NCBI GenBank assembly: GCA_963836075.1
Contig: CAWIIB010000008.1
Coordinates: forward strand, 32,001 to 96,000
DNA: 64,000 nucleotides
Source: an uncultured Acidobacteriota bacterium
GTDB taxonomy: Bacteria; Acidobacteriota; JAQAZP01
Direction of reading: 5' to 3'
The number at the start of each line of letters is the position of its first letter. The first letter of the stretch is position 1. A model generated the notes under the pieces. It saw only the letters and a program-made list of their open reading frames with translations. It searched no databases and had not been told where the DNA came from. The position numbers and the translations under genes are program-made. Shown piece by piece: positions 30,127-39,751 of the stretch.

Positions 30127-30468
30127 TCAGAAACCGAACCGCGCGCGGGCCTGTTCGAACTCCTGCTCGATCCGGCTGACCAGGTCGCCGAGCTCACGCC
30201 CCGTTCGATCTGAGGGCGGCCCGCTGCCCTTCACCTCGGCGAGCCGGTTCCCGAGCAGCATCAGCGCCCGCCGGATGTCCAGCTGCCAGTCGGCGAAGTC
30301 ATGCTGCGCTTCTGCCGGACAGGCCCCAGGGTCTTTCTCGATCCGTACGACTTCCCTCCCCAGGGCTTCGAGCCGCCCCGCCAGCGATGGTCCATCGGCA
30401 ACGTCTTTGCCTTTGGCGGATTTTTGCCCGGGAACGGTGTTTTCGTTGTCGTCGCGTGGTCTCATCAT
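30127..30468 (-). CDS. Small coiled-coil protein, paralog of 39424-39693
   Basis: Shares RL.ALGR, ADW.L and F.QAR.RFG with the 39424 ORF; AGGAGG upstream. Confidence 0.65.
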   Translation of the reverse strand: MMRPRDDNENTVPGQKSAKGKDVADGPSLAGRLEALGREVVRIEKDPGACPAEAQHDFADWQLDIRRALMLLGNRLAEVKGSGPPSDRTGRELGDLVSRIEQEFEQARARFGF

Positions 30469-30779
30469 CGGTCGCAGGTTCCCTCCTCCCTGGCATATCC
30501 CCCTGCGTTTTCCGCAACGGGAGCCAGATTCACTTCAATCCCACACACCACATAACTTACGTCACGTGAGGCGTTCAGCCCATCGGATATTCCATGAGTC
30601 CCGAGTCGGGGATTTCCTTAGCCTCTTTCCGAAAACAGGGCCGGCAGTGGTGCCTTGACCTTCTCTCCACCCTGTCCTACCCTCGACAGTAAGAAATTTA
30701 CATCCCCACCGAACCGATCGGTATCATAACCCGGACCACGGCTGTCCGGGACCGCACCGGCCGTCACCGATAGCGGCAA

Positions 30780-32738
30780 GTGGGGCAACGTTTTCGAGGC
30801 ACCCGGACCGTGGACTGGCTGACCAGTTTACTGACCGCTTTGCTGCCATTTCTTGTGGTGGCTCTGGCCTCGGAGCGTTTCGGCCGCTGGTTCCGCCTGC
30901 TCCGGCTGCCACTGATCACCGGCTTCCTCTTCACCGGCATGCTCGCCGGCCCCTCGGTGCTCGGGCTGATCCCCGCCGAGGCCCTGCCCCGCCTGCGCTT
31001 TCTCGACGATATCGCCCTGGCGCTGATCGCCTTCGCCGCCGGCGGGGAACTCTATCTCGCCGACCTGCGCGGGAAGTACGGCCGTATCGGCGCCGTGTCG
31101 ACCGGTCTGGTGGTCGCCACCCTGCTCCTTTGCGTGCCGGGTTACTTCGTCCTGGGCTCCGGGCTGCCCGGAATGGACGAATTGGGCACCGCCGGCCTCT
31201 GGGCCGTGGCGTTGCTCGCCGCCGCGATCCTCGTCGCCCGCTCGCCCTCCTCGGCCATTGCCATCGTCCGCGAGCTCCGCGCCCGGGGCCCGTTCACCAG
31301 CACCGTTCTCGGGGTAACCGTCTTCTCCGACGTGGTGGTGATCGTTCTCTTTTCGGCGGCCATGGCTGTGGCCGACGCGGTACTCACCGCGGTGGCCTTC
31401 AACCCGGCGTTCATCGCACTCCTCCTTGCCGAACTGCTGGCGTCGCTGCTGGTGGGCGCCGTCGTCTGGAAGGCCATTTCCTTTCTCATGGGCCTCCAGC
31501 TGCCGCTGTCGCTGAAAACCGGCGGCCTGCTCAGCCTCGGTTGGGGCGTGTTCATGTTTTCCCGGCTGTTCCGGCAGTGGAGCCACCAGCATTTCGGTTT
31601 CGAGTTTCTCGTCGAACCGCTCTTCGTCTGCATGGTGGCCGGTTTTCTGGTCACCAACCGCAGCCGCTTCCGCGTAGACTTCGCCGAAGCGCTTCACCGG
31701 GCCGGCCCGCCTGTCTACACGGTGTTCTTCACGCTCACCGGTGCGTCATTGAACCTCGGCGTGCTTGCCGCCACCTGGCCCCTGGCCCTGTCCCTCTTCG
31801 CCATCCGGCTGGCCGGCATCGCTCTCGGTTCGGGCATCGGCGGCAAGATCGGCGGGGTTCCCGCCCGCTCCTGCCGCCTGAGCTGGATGGCTTACATCAC
31901 CCAGGCCGGCGTCGGCCTGGGCCTGGCCAAGAAGGTGGCCGACGAGTTCCCGGAGTGGGGTGGCGGGTTCGCCTCGGTGATGATCGCGGTGATCGTGCTC
32001 AACCAGCTCGCCGGGCCGCCGCTGTTCAAATGGGTCTTCGAAAGGCTGGGCGAAGCGCGCTCCCGGAAAGAGGAGGAGGAAGAGGAGCGCCGGGCGATCA
32101 TCTTCGGCCTCGAAGACCAGGCGCTGGCCCTCGCCGTGCAGCTTGAGGACCACGGCTGGCAGGCCACGGTGGCCAGCCGGCGGGCGGCCGGCCTGGTCGA
32201 GCCGCCCGAGGAATCACCGGTGGCCATCGAACACATCGACGACCTCTCGCCGGAGTCGCTGCGCCGCCTCGGCGCGCCCCACGCCGACGCCCTGGTCTGC
32301 CTGCTCTCCGACGAGGAGAACCTGCGGATCTGCCGCACGGCCCGGGAGTCCTTCGCCACCGACACCCTGGTGGTGCGGCTCCACGACCGGGAGAAGATGG
32401 CAGTCTTCCACGACCTGGGAGCGCTGATCGTCGATCCGACCACCGCCCTGGTTTCACTGATGGACCACCTGGTGCGTGCACCCTCAGCCACCAGCCTGCT
32501 GCTGGGGCTGGACAGTGGGCAGGACGTGATCGAGCTGGAGGTGCGCAGACGCACCCTCGAGGGGATGGCCATGCGCGACCTCGAGCTGCCGCTGAACGCG
32601 CTGACCCTTTCCGTGCGGCGAGGGGGACGGATGATCATCTCCCACGGCTATACACGGCTGGCCCGGGGAGACAGGGTCTCGATCCTCGTCAGCTCGGATG
32701 AGGAGCGAAAAGCGGTTCAGCGCTATTTCCGGGAGTGA
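30780..32738 (+). CDS. Cation:proton antiporter (CPA2/Kef-like) with C-terminal TrkA-N and TrkA-C domains
   Basis: LPLITG, IAFAAGGEL, ARSPSS, FFTLTGA and QAGV.LGL in ~12 TMs; cytoplasmic IIFG..., ADAL, LSVRRGG..IISHG. Candidate promoter TTGACC-N17-TACCCT at 30655-30683. Confidence 0.88.
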   Translation: MGQRFRGTRTVDWLTSLLTALLPFLVVALASERFGRWFRLLRLPLITGFLFTGMLAGPSVLGLIPAEALPRLRFLDDIALALIAFAAGGELYLADLRGKYGRIGAVSTGLVVATLLLCVPGYFVLGSGLPGMDELGTAGLWAVALLAAAILVARSPSSAIAIVRELRARGPFTSTVLGVTVFSDVVVIVLFSAAMAVADAVLTAVAFNPAFIALLLAELLASLLVGAVVWKAISFLMGLQLPLSLKTGGLLSLGWGVFMFSRLFRQWSHQHFGFEFLVEPLFVCMVAGFLVTNRSRFRVDFAEALHRAGPPVYTVFFTLTGASLNLGVLAATWPLALSLFAIRLAGIALGSGIGGKIGGVPARSCRLSWMAYITQAGVGLGLAKKVADEFPEWGGGFASVMIAVIVLNQLAGPPLFKWVFERLGEARSRKEEEEEERRAIIFGLEDQALALAVQLEDHGWQATVASRRAAGLVEPPEESPVAIEHIDDLSPESLRRLGAPHADALVCLLSDEENLRICRTARESFATDTLVVRLHDREKMAVFHDLGALIVDPTTALVSLMDHLVRAPSATSLLLGLDSGQDVIELEVRRRTLEGMAMRDLELPLNALTLSVRRGGRMIISHGYTRLARGDRVSILVSSDEERKAVQRYFRE

Positions 32739-33309
32739 AGGGATAATGGCCGAACGGCACGGCCGGTGACCGAAACCGTCCCCGGAAGATCAGCCGTGTT
32801 CCCACGTCGGTCTTTTATCACGAAATCGTTGGGCTCAGCCCCATTCGGCGCACGATCGGGCCGAGTGTTCGCTTGGCGAACAGCCAGGGCCTTGATAGCC
32901 TCCTCCATGGTGCCCTCACCTCATACCTCCCTCGATATTTGTTGATCGTTCAACTCACTATGATCTATAGAAATCATCGATATCAAGGTGGGGCCGCACT
33001 CATCTGAATCGTATGCCGCTGCCCTGGTATTTCGGGGATCGCTTTCGCATGCGATAACGTTCCCAGCCGCCCTGAGCGCCCGAAGGCGTCACCGTGCCTT
33101 TCCAGGACGGCAGAATGATGGATTTCTGTTGACATCCGAAAGCGCCGGGCTTTTACGGTACCGGAAAACCGGCTCCTGACGCAGTTTGCCAGCGAAGATG
33201 AGGATACCAGGCTTCGTATCCGTCAGTACTGCTCTCCCCGCGAACGTCGTCCCATTCGCGGCGCGGACAACACGTCCACAACACGCGGTTAACTATAGGA
33301 GGTAGCCTC

Positions 33310-34990
33310 ATGTTTCGATCGATCAAATTACGAAACAGAGATCCCCGGCCCGTTCTGCGGCGGTCTTCACCGTCGCTTTTGCCCTCGTGCACTGTCGGCC
33401 AGGCACAACTCCACCAGGCCTGGACCGAACGGTGGGATGGGTCGCCGTCCGGTGACGACGGCGGCTGGGCCGTGGCCACCGACAGCGCGGGGAATATCAT
33501 CGTCGCCGGAGAGACGGGGACAGCGGCCAACGGCTCCGACGCCCTGGTGATCAAATACGACCGGTCGGGCAAGTTCCTTGGCAGCAGACCTACAACGGAC
33601 CGGGGAACGCCACCGATTCTGGATCAACGTCGCCGTCGACGGCAGCGACCGCATCGTCGTCCAGGGGCAGTCGGACGGTGGGGCGACGAGCTACGATTTC
33701 GTCACCAGGGTCTATGCCGGCGACGGCACGCCCCTTTGGGTCCAGCGCTACGACGGGCTGGGCAGCGGCTACGACCTGGCCTCGCCATGGACCTCGACGG
33801 GCAGGACAACATCTATGCCGTGGGCATCGAGGAAGGCACGACGGCCTGGAGGAGTTCACCACGATCAAGTACCTGCCGGACGGCACCGAGGCCTGGGTGC
33901 GCCGATACGAGTCTTCGTCTACCCGCCCAACGAGCGGGCCTGGGGTGAGGGCCTTGCGGTGACCGCGGCGGCACGGTCTACGCCGGGGGCGACGCGATCA
34001 ACGCTTCGGGCGGTCTCGACTTCGCGCTGCTCAAGTACGACACCAACGGGAACCTGCTGTGGGACCAGCTGTTCGACAGCACCTTCGGCGGGGGCGATGC
34101 CTTTCGGGGAATGGCCCTGGGGCCGAACGAGGAGATCTACCTCTGCGGCATCTCGGAATCTGCTTCCGGGATCGAGGACGCGTGCCCAATATGACGCTGC
34201 CGGCTCCTTTCAGTGGGAAGGGCGGTACGGCGGGTCCGTCGGGTATCACTACGGCGAGTATCTTGCCGTCGACCAGAACGGCAATGCTTTGTCGCCGGGA
34301 AATCCACCAACACCGCAGGGTATTTGACTGGGTGACGGTCTGCTTCGACATCAACGGCACCAGCAGTGGGCGCACCGTTACCAGCCGTCCTACTATGTGG
34401 GGATAACTCGCCCAACGGCATCGCCCTGGACGGCCAGGGCGGCGTCTATGTCTGCGGCAACATCTGGTACTGGCACTACGAGGGGCACAACGCGGGCTGG
34501 TCAAGTACGACACCGCCGGGTCTTCAATGGGAGCATGATCTGGACGGCCCCGCCGGCGGGGATGACGCGTGGTTCGGCGTCGCGGTGGACGGGTCGCAAC
34601 AGGTGGTGGCCACGGGCATCTCCCTGGGTGAGGGACCGAACTCGACCTGCTGCTGGGCAGGTACCGGCAGAACGGGCCGCCGACGATCCAGGTCAGCCCG
34701 ATGCCGCTGGTGGCGGGTCAACCGGCCACTTTCACCGTGACGAACGTCGAGCCCGGCGCCGAGACCTACCTGGCCTACAGCACGGTGGGAACGGGAACGG
34801 TATACGCCGGATTCCTTGACGTGACCCTCGGCCTGGCCAACCCGAAGCAAGCGGGACCGATCCTGCCGGCCGAGCAGGCGGCACCGCCCAGTGGAACATC
34901 ACCATCCCACAATGGGTCCAGGCTCCGACTTCTGGTTCCAGGGCGCAATACCACGAGGCGACCAACGTGGTGGCCACCACGGCGCAGTAA
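33310..34990 (+). pseudogene. Heavily frameshifted secreted beta-propeller (SBBP-like repeat) protein
   Basis: Repeats such as AVATDSAGNIIVAG, VIKYD..G, LAMDLDGQDNIY, IALDGQGGVYVCG and VAVDGSQQVVATG scattered over all three + frames; AGGAGG RBS before ATG 33310. Confidence 0.7.
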
Positions 34991-35464
34991 GAGAGGGGTT
35001 ACCGGCGGGACGAGCCGACGATGGCGGACTCTCGCCCCATATTCTCACAGCCCATCTGCCGTGACGGCGGAAAGGCCCACATCTGTTCGTTGCCCAGGAA
35101 CTCCCACCTCGACGTCTCTCAATAGGTCATCGCCGGGCCTTTCTCGTGCGCCTTGCAACCACGGGCATTTCCACCGACTGACGATGATGCCCCGTGAAAG
35201 TTGGGGGAGAATAAGGGGGGGGGTCGGTGCCGCCGCGGGGCATTCCGGGCCGGGGGGCCAAAACTGCGACATCGAGAAGGGGAAATTCAGGGATTCCCCT
35301 ATTGGCTCGTCGCGCAGAACGTGTTCCTCTTGAGGGAGATGTTCGAGGATTCGTGTGCCGGCCTGCCGCACGGCCCTCGAGGCGACAGGCGCCTGGTTAT
35401 TCCGAAGGCCCGCCGCTTACGCATGCAATCATCGCAGGCCGCTTGATAACCGTCAGGAGGAATC

Positions 35465-36058
35465 ATGTCCTTTTCACTGCCCAAACTGCCGTACGACAGC
35501 GACGCGCTGGCGCCCCACATCAGTGCACGAACCGTGGCATATCACTATGGCAAGCACCACCGGGCCTACGTTGACAAACTCAACGACCTGATCGTCGGCA
35601 CCGCGTATGCCGACAAAACGTTGGAGGAGATCATCCGCCTCTCCGTGACGGACCAGGATAAGCCTGCCATTTTCAACAATGCCGCCCAGGTCTGGAACCA
35701 CACGTTTTACTGGAAATCGATGAAGCCGGGGGGGGGAGGGAAACCCACCGGCCCCATCTGGGAGTTGATCAAAACCGGGTTCAGGAAGTACGAACTCTTC
35801 GTGGAGGCGTTGAAGAATGCCGGCTTGTCCCAGTTCGGCAGCGGTTGGGTATGGCTAGTGCTGGAGAAAGGAGCCCCGCGGATCATCAAGACAGCGAATG
35901 CCCGGACACCCATCACCGATGGCCTCGAACCGCTGCTCACCGTCGACGTTTGGGAGCATGCCTACTACCTCGATCACCAGAACAGGCGCGGCGACTATCT
36001 CGATGTGTTCCTCGAACAGCTGGTCAACTGGGATTTCGCCAACCAAAATCTCTCCTGA
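35465..36058 (+). CDS. sodB: Fe superoxide dismutase
   Basis: LPY..DALAPHIS, HYGKHH, FNNAAQVWNH (AAQ is Fe-type), QFGSGW and DVWEHAYY motifs. Confidence 0.93.
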   Translation: MSFSLPKLPYDSDALAPHISARTVAYHYGKHHRAYVDKLNDLIVGTAYADKTLEEIIRLSVTDQDKPAIFNNAAQVWNHTFYWKSMKPGGGGKPTGPIWELIKTGFRKYELFVEALKNAGLSQFGSGWVWLVLEKGAPRIIKTANARTPITDGLEPLLTVDVWEHAYYLDHQNRRGDYLDVFLEQLVNWDFANQNLS

Positions 36059-36114
36059 GGACCTGGCCCAAACGCCGAACCGGAATGAGGATACGATTGA
36101 TGGGGGAGGGAGCG

Positions 36115-36540
36115 ATGCCCGCAACGGAACGACAGGAACTGATTGACGAATTGAACAAGGACCTCGAATTGGAATACGCCGCGGCGGTCCAGTATGTGCA
36201 GCATGCGTCGGTGATCACCGGCGCCCAGTACGAACCGATAGCCACGGAACTGGTGGTCCACTCGCAGGAGGAGATGCAGCACGCGGTGGCCATTGCCGAA
36301 CAGATCGATTTTCTCGGCGGTGTGCCCACCGTCGAGGTGGAGAAACGTGAAATCGCTGATACCGTGCTCGAGATGCTGCAGCAGGACCTGCGGGGCGAGG
36401 AAACTGCGATCAGTCGGTACAAGGAACGGATAGCGCTTGCGGAAAAGCTCCGGGAATACGGTCTGCGGCGGATTATCGAAGAGATCCTGATCCAGGAGGA
36501 GGAGCACAAGCGGGACCTGCTCACCGCCATGGACCGGTGA
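36115..36540 (+). CDS. Ferritin-like (bacterioferritin-type) diiron protein
   Basis: E..A..QY..H, EEMQHA, E..AI..Y and EEEH ferroxidase pattern. Confidence 0.88.
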   Translation: MPATERQELIDELNKDLELEYAAAVQYVQHASVITGAQYEPIATELVVHSQEEMQHAVAIAEQIDFLGGVPTVEVEKREIADTVLEMLQQDLRGEETAISRYKERIALAEKLREYGLRRIIEEILIQEEEHKRDLLTAMDR

Positions 36541-36627
36541 AGGAAGAGCGCGCACTGCTATCGAGCAGGTGAAGTGAAGTGGTGAGCAGAACCGGAGCGA
36601 TGCAGTTCCACAAAAGAGGAGTTATCG

Positions 36628-37152
36628 ATGCACGGGATTCTCGACCGCATGATCCGTGCCGCCAGGCTGGACATCAACCTATACGAAGAGGTCGAGGCCG
36701 ATCGGGGAGCCATGACCCAGGCGATGCTGGTGGTGGTCCTGGCCAGCGTGGCTGCCGGCCTGGGAAGCCTGAATCGCGTCGGCGGGGCGGGCATTATCGC
36801 CGGCACGCTGTTCGCCCTGGCCGGCTGGTACCTCTGGGCCTTTCTCACCTATATCATCGGCACGAGATTGCTCCCCGAACCGCAGACCAGCGCCGACTAC
36901 GGTGAGTTGCTGCGCACCATCGGCTTCTCCAGTGCCCCGGGGGTTGTCCGGCTGCTCGGCATCATCCCCGGGCTCTGGCTGGCGGTCAATCTGGCGGCCA
37001 ACATCTGGATGCTGGCCGCCATGGTTGTTGCCGTGCGCCAGGCCCTCGACTACCGCAGCACCTGGCGCGCCGTCGGCGTCTGTCTCATCGGCTGGGTTGC
37101 CCAGACCCTGTTGCTCATCATCCTCTTCGGAGTGTTCTCGCTATTCCGCTGA
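36628..37152 (+). CDS. YIP1-family membrane protein
   Basis: YEEVEAD...M.QA, LLRTIGFS.AP and VAVRQALD; five TMs; GAGGAG RBS. Confidence 0.85.
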   Translation: MHGILDRMIRAARLDINLYEEVEADRGAMTQAMLVVVLASVAAGLGSLNRVGGAGIIAGTLFALAGWYLWAFLTYIIGTRLLPEPQTSADYGELLRTIGFSSAPGVVRLLGIIPGLWLAVNLAANIWMLAAMVVAVRQALDYRSTWRAVGVCLIGWVAQTLLLIILFGVFSLFR

Positions 37153-37220
37153 CACCTGTGGCGCCGGCGGTAAACCACAGAACAGCAGGTGGCCCGCCAG
37201 GCCGAGGGACACGACCGTGA

Positions 37221-37559
37221 TCATTTGCGAGCTGTGCGGCCATGTCCCGAATGGGCCGGACGTCGGGCTCTCGGCGGCTCCGGCGGCTCTTCCGGCGGCG
37301 GCTCGATCGGGGGCTCGGGTGGTTCTTCCGGCGGCGGCTCGATCGGCGGCTCCGGCGGCTCTTCCGGCGGCGGCTCGATCGGGGGCTCGGGTGGTTCTTC
37401 CGGCGGCGGCTTGATTGGCGGCTCGGGTGGCTCCCTGGGTGGGGGTTTGATCGGCGGTTCGGGCACGGGGTCACGACGGCGGCCTCGGCCCGGACGCTCA
37501 TCACGTCCGGTGGCCCCGGGGCCACCAACCCGTCTCTCATCATGGTGTCGAATTCTCAT
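37221..37559 (-). CDS. Small Pro/Glu-rich repeat protein
   Basis: AAGGAGG RBS before ATG 37559; five copies of I(K/E)PPP(E/R)EPPEPP. Confidence 0.55.
   Translation of the reverse strand: MRIRHHDERRVGGPGATGRDERPGRGRRRDPVPEPPIKPPPREPPEPPIKPPPEEPPEPPIEPPPEEPPEPPIEPPPEEPPEPPIEPPPEEPPEPPRARRPAHSGHGRTARK
37272..37451. repeat. Five 36-bp tandem repeats (pattern A-B-A-B'-C)
   Basis: A=CGGCGGCTCCGGCGGCTCTTCCGGCGGCGGCTCGAT at 37272 and 37344; B=CGGGGGCTCGGGTGGTTCTTCCGGCGGCGGCTCGAT at 37308, with a variant at 37380. Confidence 0.9.
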
Positions 37560-37682
37560 CTCACCCTCCTTCCGAATGCGTTCGTGCCGAGTTGATCCAT
37601 GCTCGCATCAGGTGCCGGGAATCTCGCCACGATGGATATTGGTCAACGGAGCGGCTGCTCTGTGCTTTACCGCTTCACGGTC

Positions 37683-38306
37683 TCATTCCTTCCGGCCACT
37701 GGCGATGGCAAACCCGTGAAGATGTGGTTTCCCGTGACTGGTGTCGAGTCCGAGACGCTCTTCGTAGCGCGTGATGCGGCAGAGCCCGGCCAGGCGTTGG
37801 CAATTCGCTCCGCGATAAGTAGTGGGCGATCGCCCCGGCCGTTTCGCTGACGCCCGGCCCAGCCTTCCTCGCGTATCCGGGATCAGCAACCGTGTGGACC
37901 TTTACCAATAGCGATCCGCCGGGCACCAGTGCATTGACGAGCCGTTCGAGCGCTTGATCGATCTCGTCGGCGGGCAGGTGGTCGAGCAGTGTTACAGCCG
38001 CAGCCAGGTTGAAACGGGCACCCTGAAACACCAGCGGCGCACGTCGGCCACAACACCGGCTATTCGACGGGCGAGTGACCGGCGGCGGGCGATCCGCAGC
38101 ATGCTCGCAACACCCTCCGCCGACCGATCCAACGAGGTCACCTCGAAACCCCTGGCGGCCAGCAGCAAGCTGTTCCGCCCGTCGCCGCAACCAAGGTCGA
38201 GTGCCGCCCGACGGCGGGCTCATTCTCGAGCAGGCGCCCAACGACGGCGTGGTTTATCACCGTAGGCCAACTCCGTATTGCGGTAAAACCTGTTAAAGTC
38301 CTTCAT
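37683..38306 (-). pseudogene. Frameshifted class I SAM-dependent methyltransferase (TehB-like)
   Basis: ATG 38306 [46 protein letters not shown] and HGKPH.HG in different frames. Confidence 0.7.
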
Positions 38307-38766
38307 GGAATACCTCAGCGCCGCCTCCACTTGTGGCGCACAGCTGGAACCTTTATCCCTTCACGCTGTCGGCTCATCTATACGATGACGCATGAGCATG
38401 GCCCGGTCCATCGGCCAATACCTTACACCGGCACTCGGTAATCCTGACGTCGAAAACCGACATGCCGGCGTCCGGCCCAAGCCGGCTCGAGACTGCGCCG
38501 CACGGAAAAACGCAGGCCGGTGGTGCCGGTTCGGGTGATTGATCTCCACTTGCACACGGAAAATAGATCTGAACCGGTGCAGGGATCGACCTTGCCGCCG
38601 TTTCTCCCTATCCTTATTGTGGTTTCAGGGAATGGAGCTCCCTCTCTCGGGTCATCCCCGATAGTTTACGTGACAGGTGATTGCTAGGCTGTAAGCGACA
38701 ATCATCGATTGGGTGCGGCGGCACCGCCCGCGACGCCCGGCATTGAAATAGGGAGGCCAAAATACG

Positions 38767-39165
38767 ATGTTGATAATTACTGATCTGGCAATCGCCCTGA
38801 TATTCACCCTGCTCATCGGGCTGTTCTTTCTCGGCTGCCGCCGCTGCGGCCCGTGGCAGGGTCTCGGCTGGTTCTTCATGCTGCTCTTTCTCTTCACCTG
38901 GGCTGGCGGTGTCTGGACCGGCCCCTACGGGCCCGTTCTCTGGGGTTACTATTGGCTGCCCTTCTTCATCGTCGGCATTGTCTTCGCCCTGCTTCTGGCG
39001 GCGGCCGTGGTCCCCCGGCCCCCGCGCAACAGGAAGGAAGCGTTCAAGCAGGCGAAGACCGAGGCCGCGGCGGAACAGGTAACAGACATGGCGGTGAACA
39101 CCTTCTTCTGGATACTGGTGATGGTCCTCGTGGCGGCCCTGGCGACGCATTACCTGGCGGCCTGA
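38767..39165 (+). CDS. Small integral membrane protein
   Basis: Four hydrophobic segments, WAGGVW.GPYGP motif, GGAGG RBS. Confidence 0.75.
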   Translation: MLIITDLAIALIFTLLIGLFFLGCRRCGPWQGLGWFFMLLFLFTWAGGVWTGPYGPVLWGYYWLPFFIVGIVFALLLAAAVVPRPPRNRKEAFKQAKTEAAAEQVTDMAVNTFFWILVMVLVAALATHYLAA

Positions 39166-39423
39166 CGCCGCGGCGCCGCCTCGGGGATTTCCTACCCCGT
39201 TTCTCACGGTCTCTCCGATGGCCGGGGCGAGCCGGAAGCCGTACGATTGATGTTGAACGGGAAAACACCGGTGCCACCGGGCCATCGACGGGCACCTCCT
39301 GGCCTGGGCCGAATCAATGTGCACCTTCGAACGGTGACCAGCCGCTCGGGGGCAAAATCGAGCGGTCCGGACCGGTCGTCCGCAAGGCGGCAGGTCCCGG
39401 ACTATTTGATGGAGGGAGGCGAA

Positions 39424-39693
39424 ATGAAATCAATGGAATCGAGGCTGTCCGCGCTGGGACGAAAACTCGACGACATCCAGCTGAACGCGGCGGCGAGCGG
39501 GGAAAAAGCCCGGCTCGAGCTGGCAGACTGGAAGCTGGAGATGCAGCGGAAAATGAGCGAAATGAGGGAGCGTCTGGACCAGGCGAAAACCGGGGGAAAC
39601 GAGGCCTGGGATGACATGAAGGAGGGCGTTCAGGCGTCACTCGAAGAAATCGAGAAAGCGTTCAAGCAGGCCCGGTCGCGGTTCGGCAGCTGA
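39424..39693 (+). CDS. Small coiled-coil stress protein (Sll1863-like)
   Basis: AW.DMKEGV..SL.E...AF..A.SRF tail typical of this family; GGAGG RBS. Confidence 0.75.
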   Translation: MKSMESRLSALGRKLDDIQLNAAASGEKARLELADWKLEMQRKMSEMRERLDQAKTGGNEAWDDMKEGVQASLEEIEKAFKQARSRFGS

Positions 39694-39751
39694 CCGAATC
39701 CGCGGCGGGCCCGCTCGTCGCCGAAGCTCAACCCCCTGAACCCAAACACCA

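Noticed and set aside
32723-32924. 61-aa minus-strand ORF and an upstream ATG-AGG-TGA mini-ORF
   Set aside because: There is no recognisable motif, the ORF overlaps the antiporter end, and the SD-like GGAGGT abuts the mini-ORF ATG too closely to be functional. It cannot be supported.
37272-37451. 36-bp repeats as a CRISPR array
   Set aside because: The units abut with no unique spacers, the variation is synonymous in a coding frame, and no cas genes are present.
38319-38330. CGCCGCCTCCAC, identical to 12 bp of the tmRNA 3' end (29520-29531), as a possible attR
   Set aside because: It is only 12 bp of GC-rich sequence, lacks the T-loop part, has no integrase nearby, and lies in the translation-initiation region of the methyltransferase. 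A chance match is plausible.
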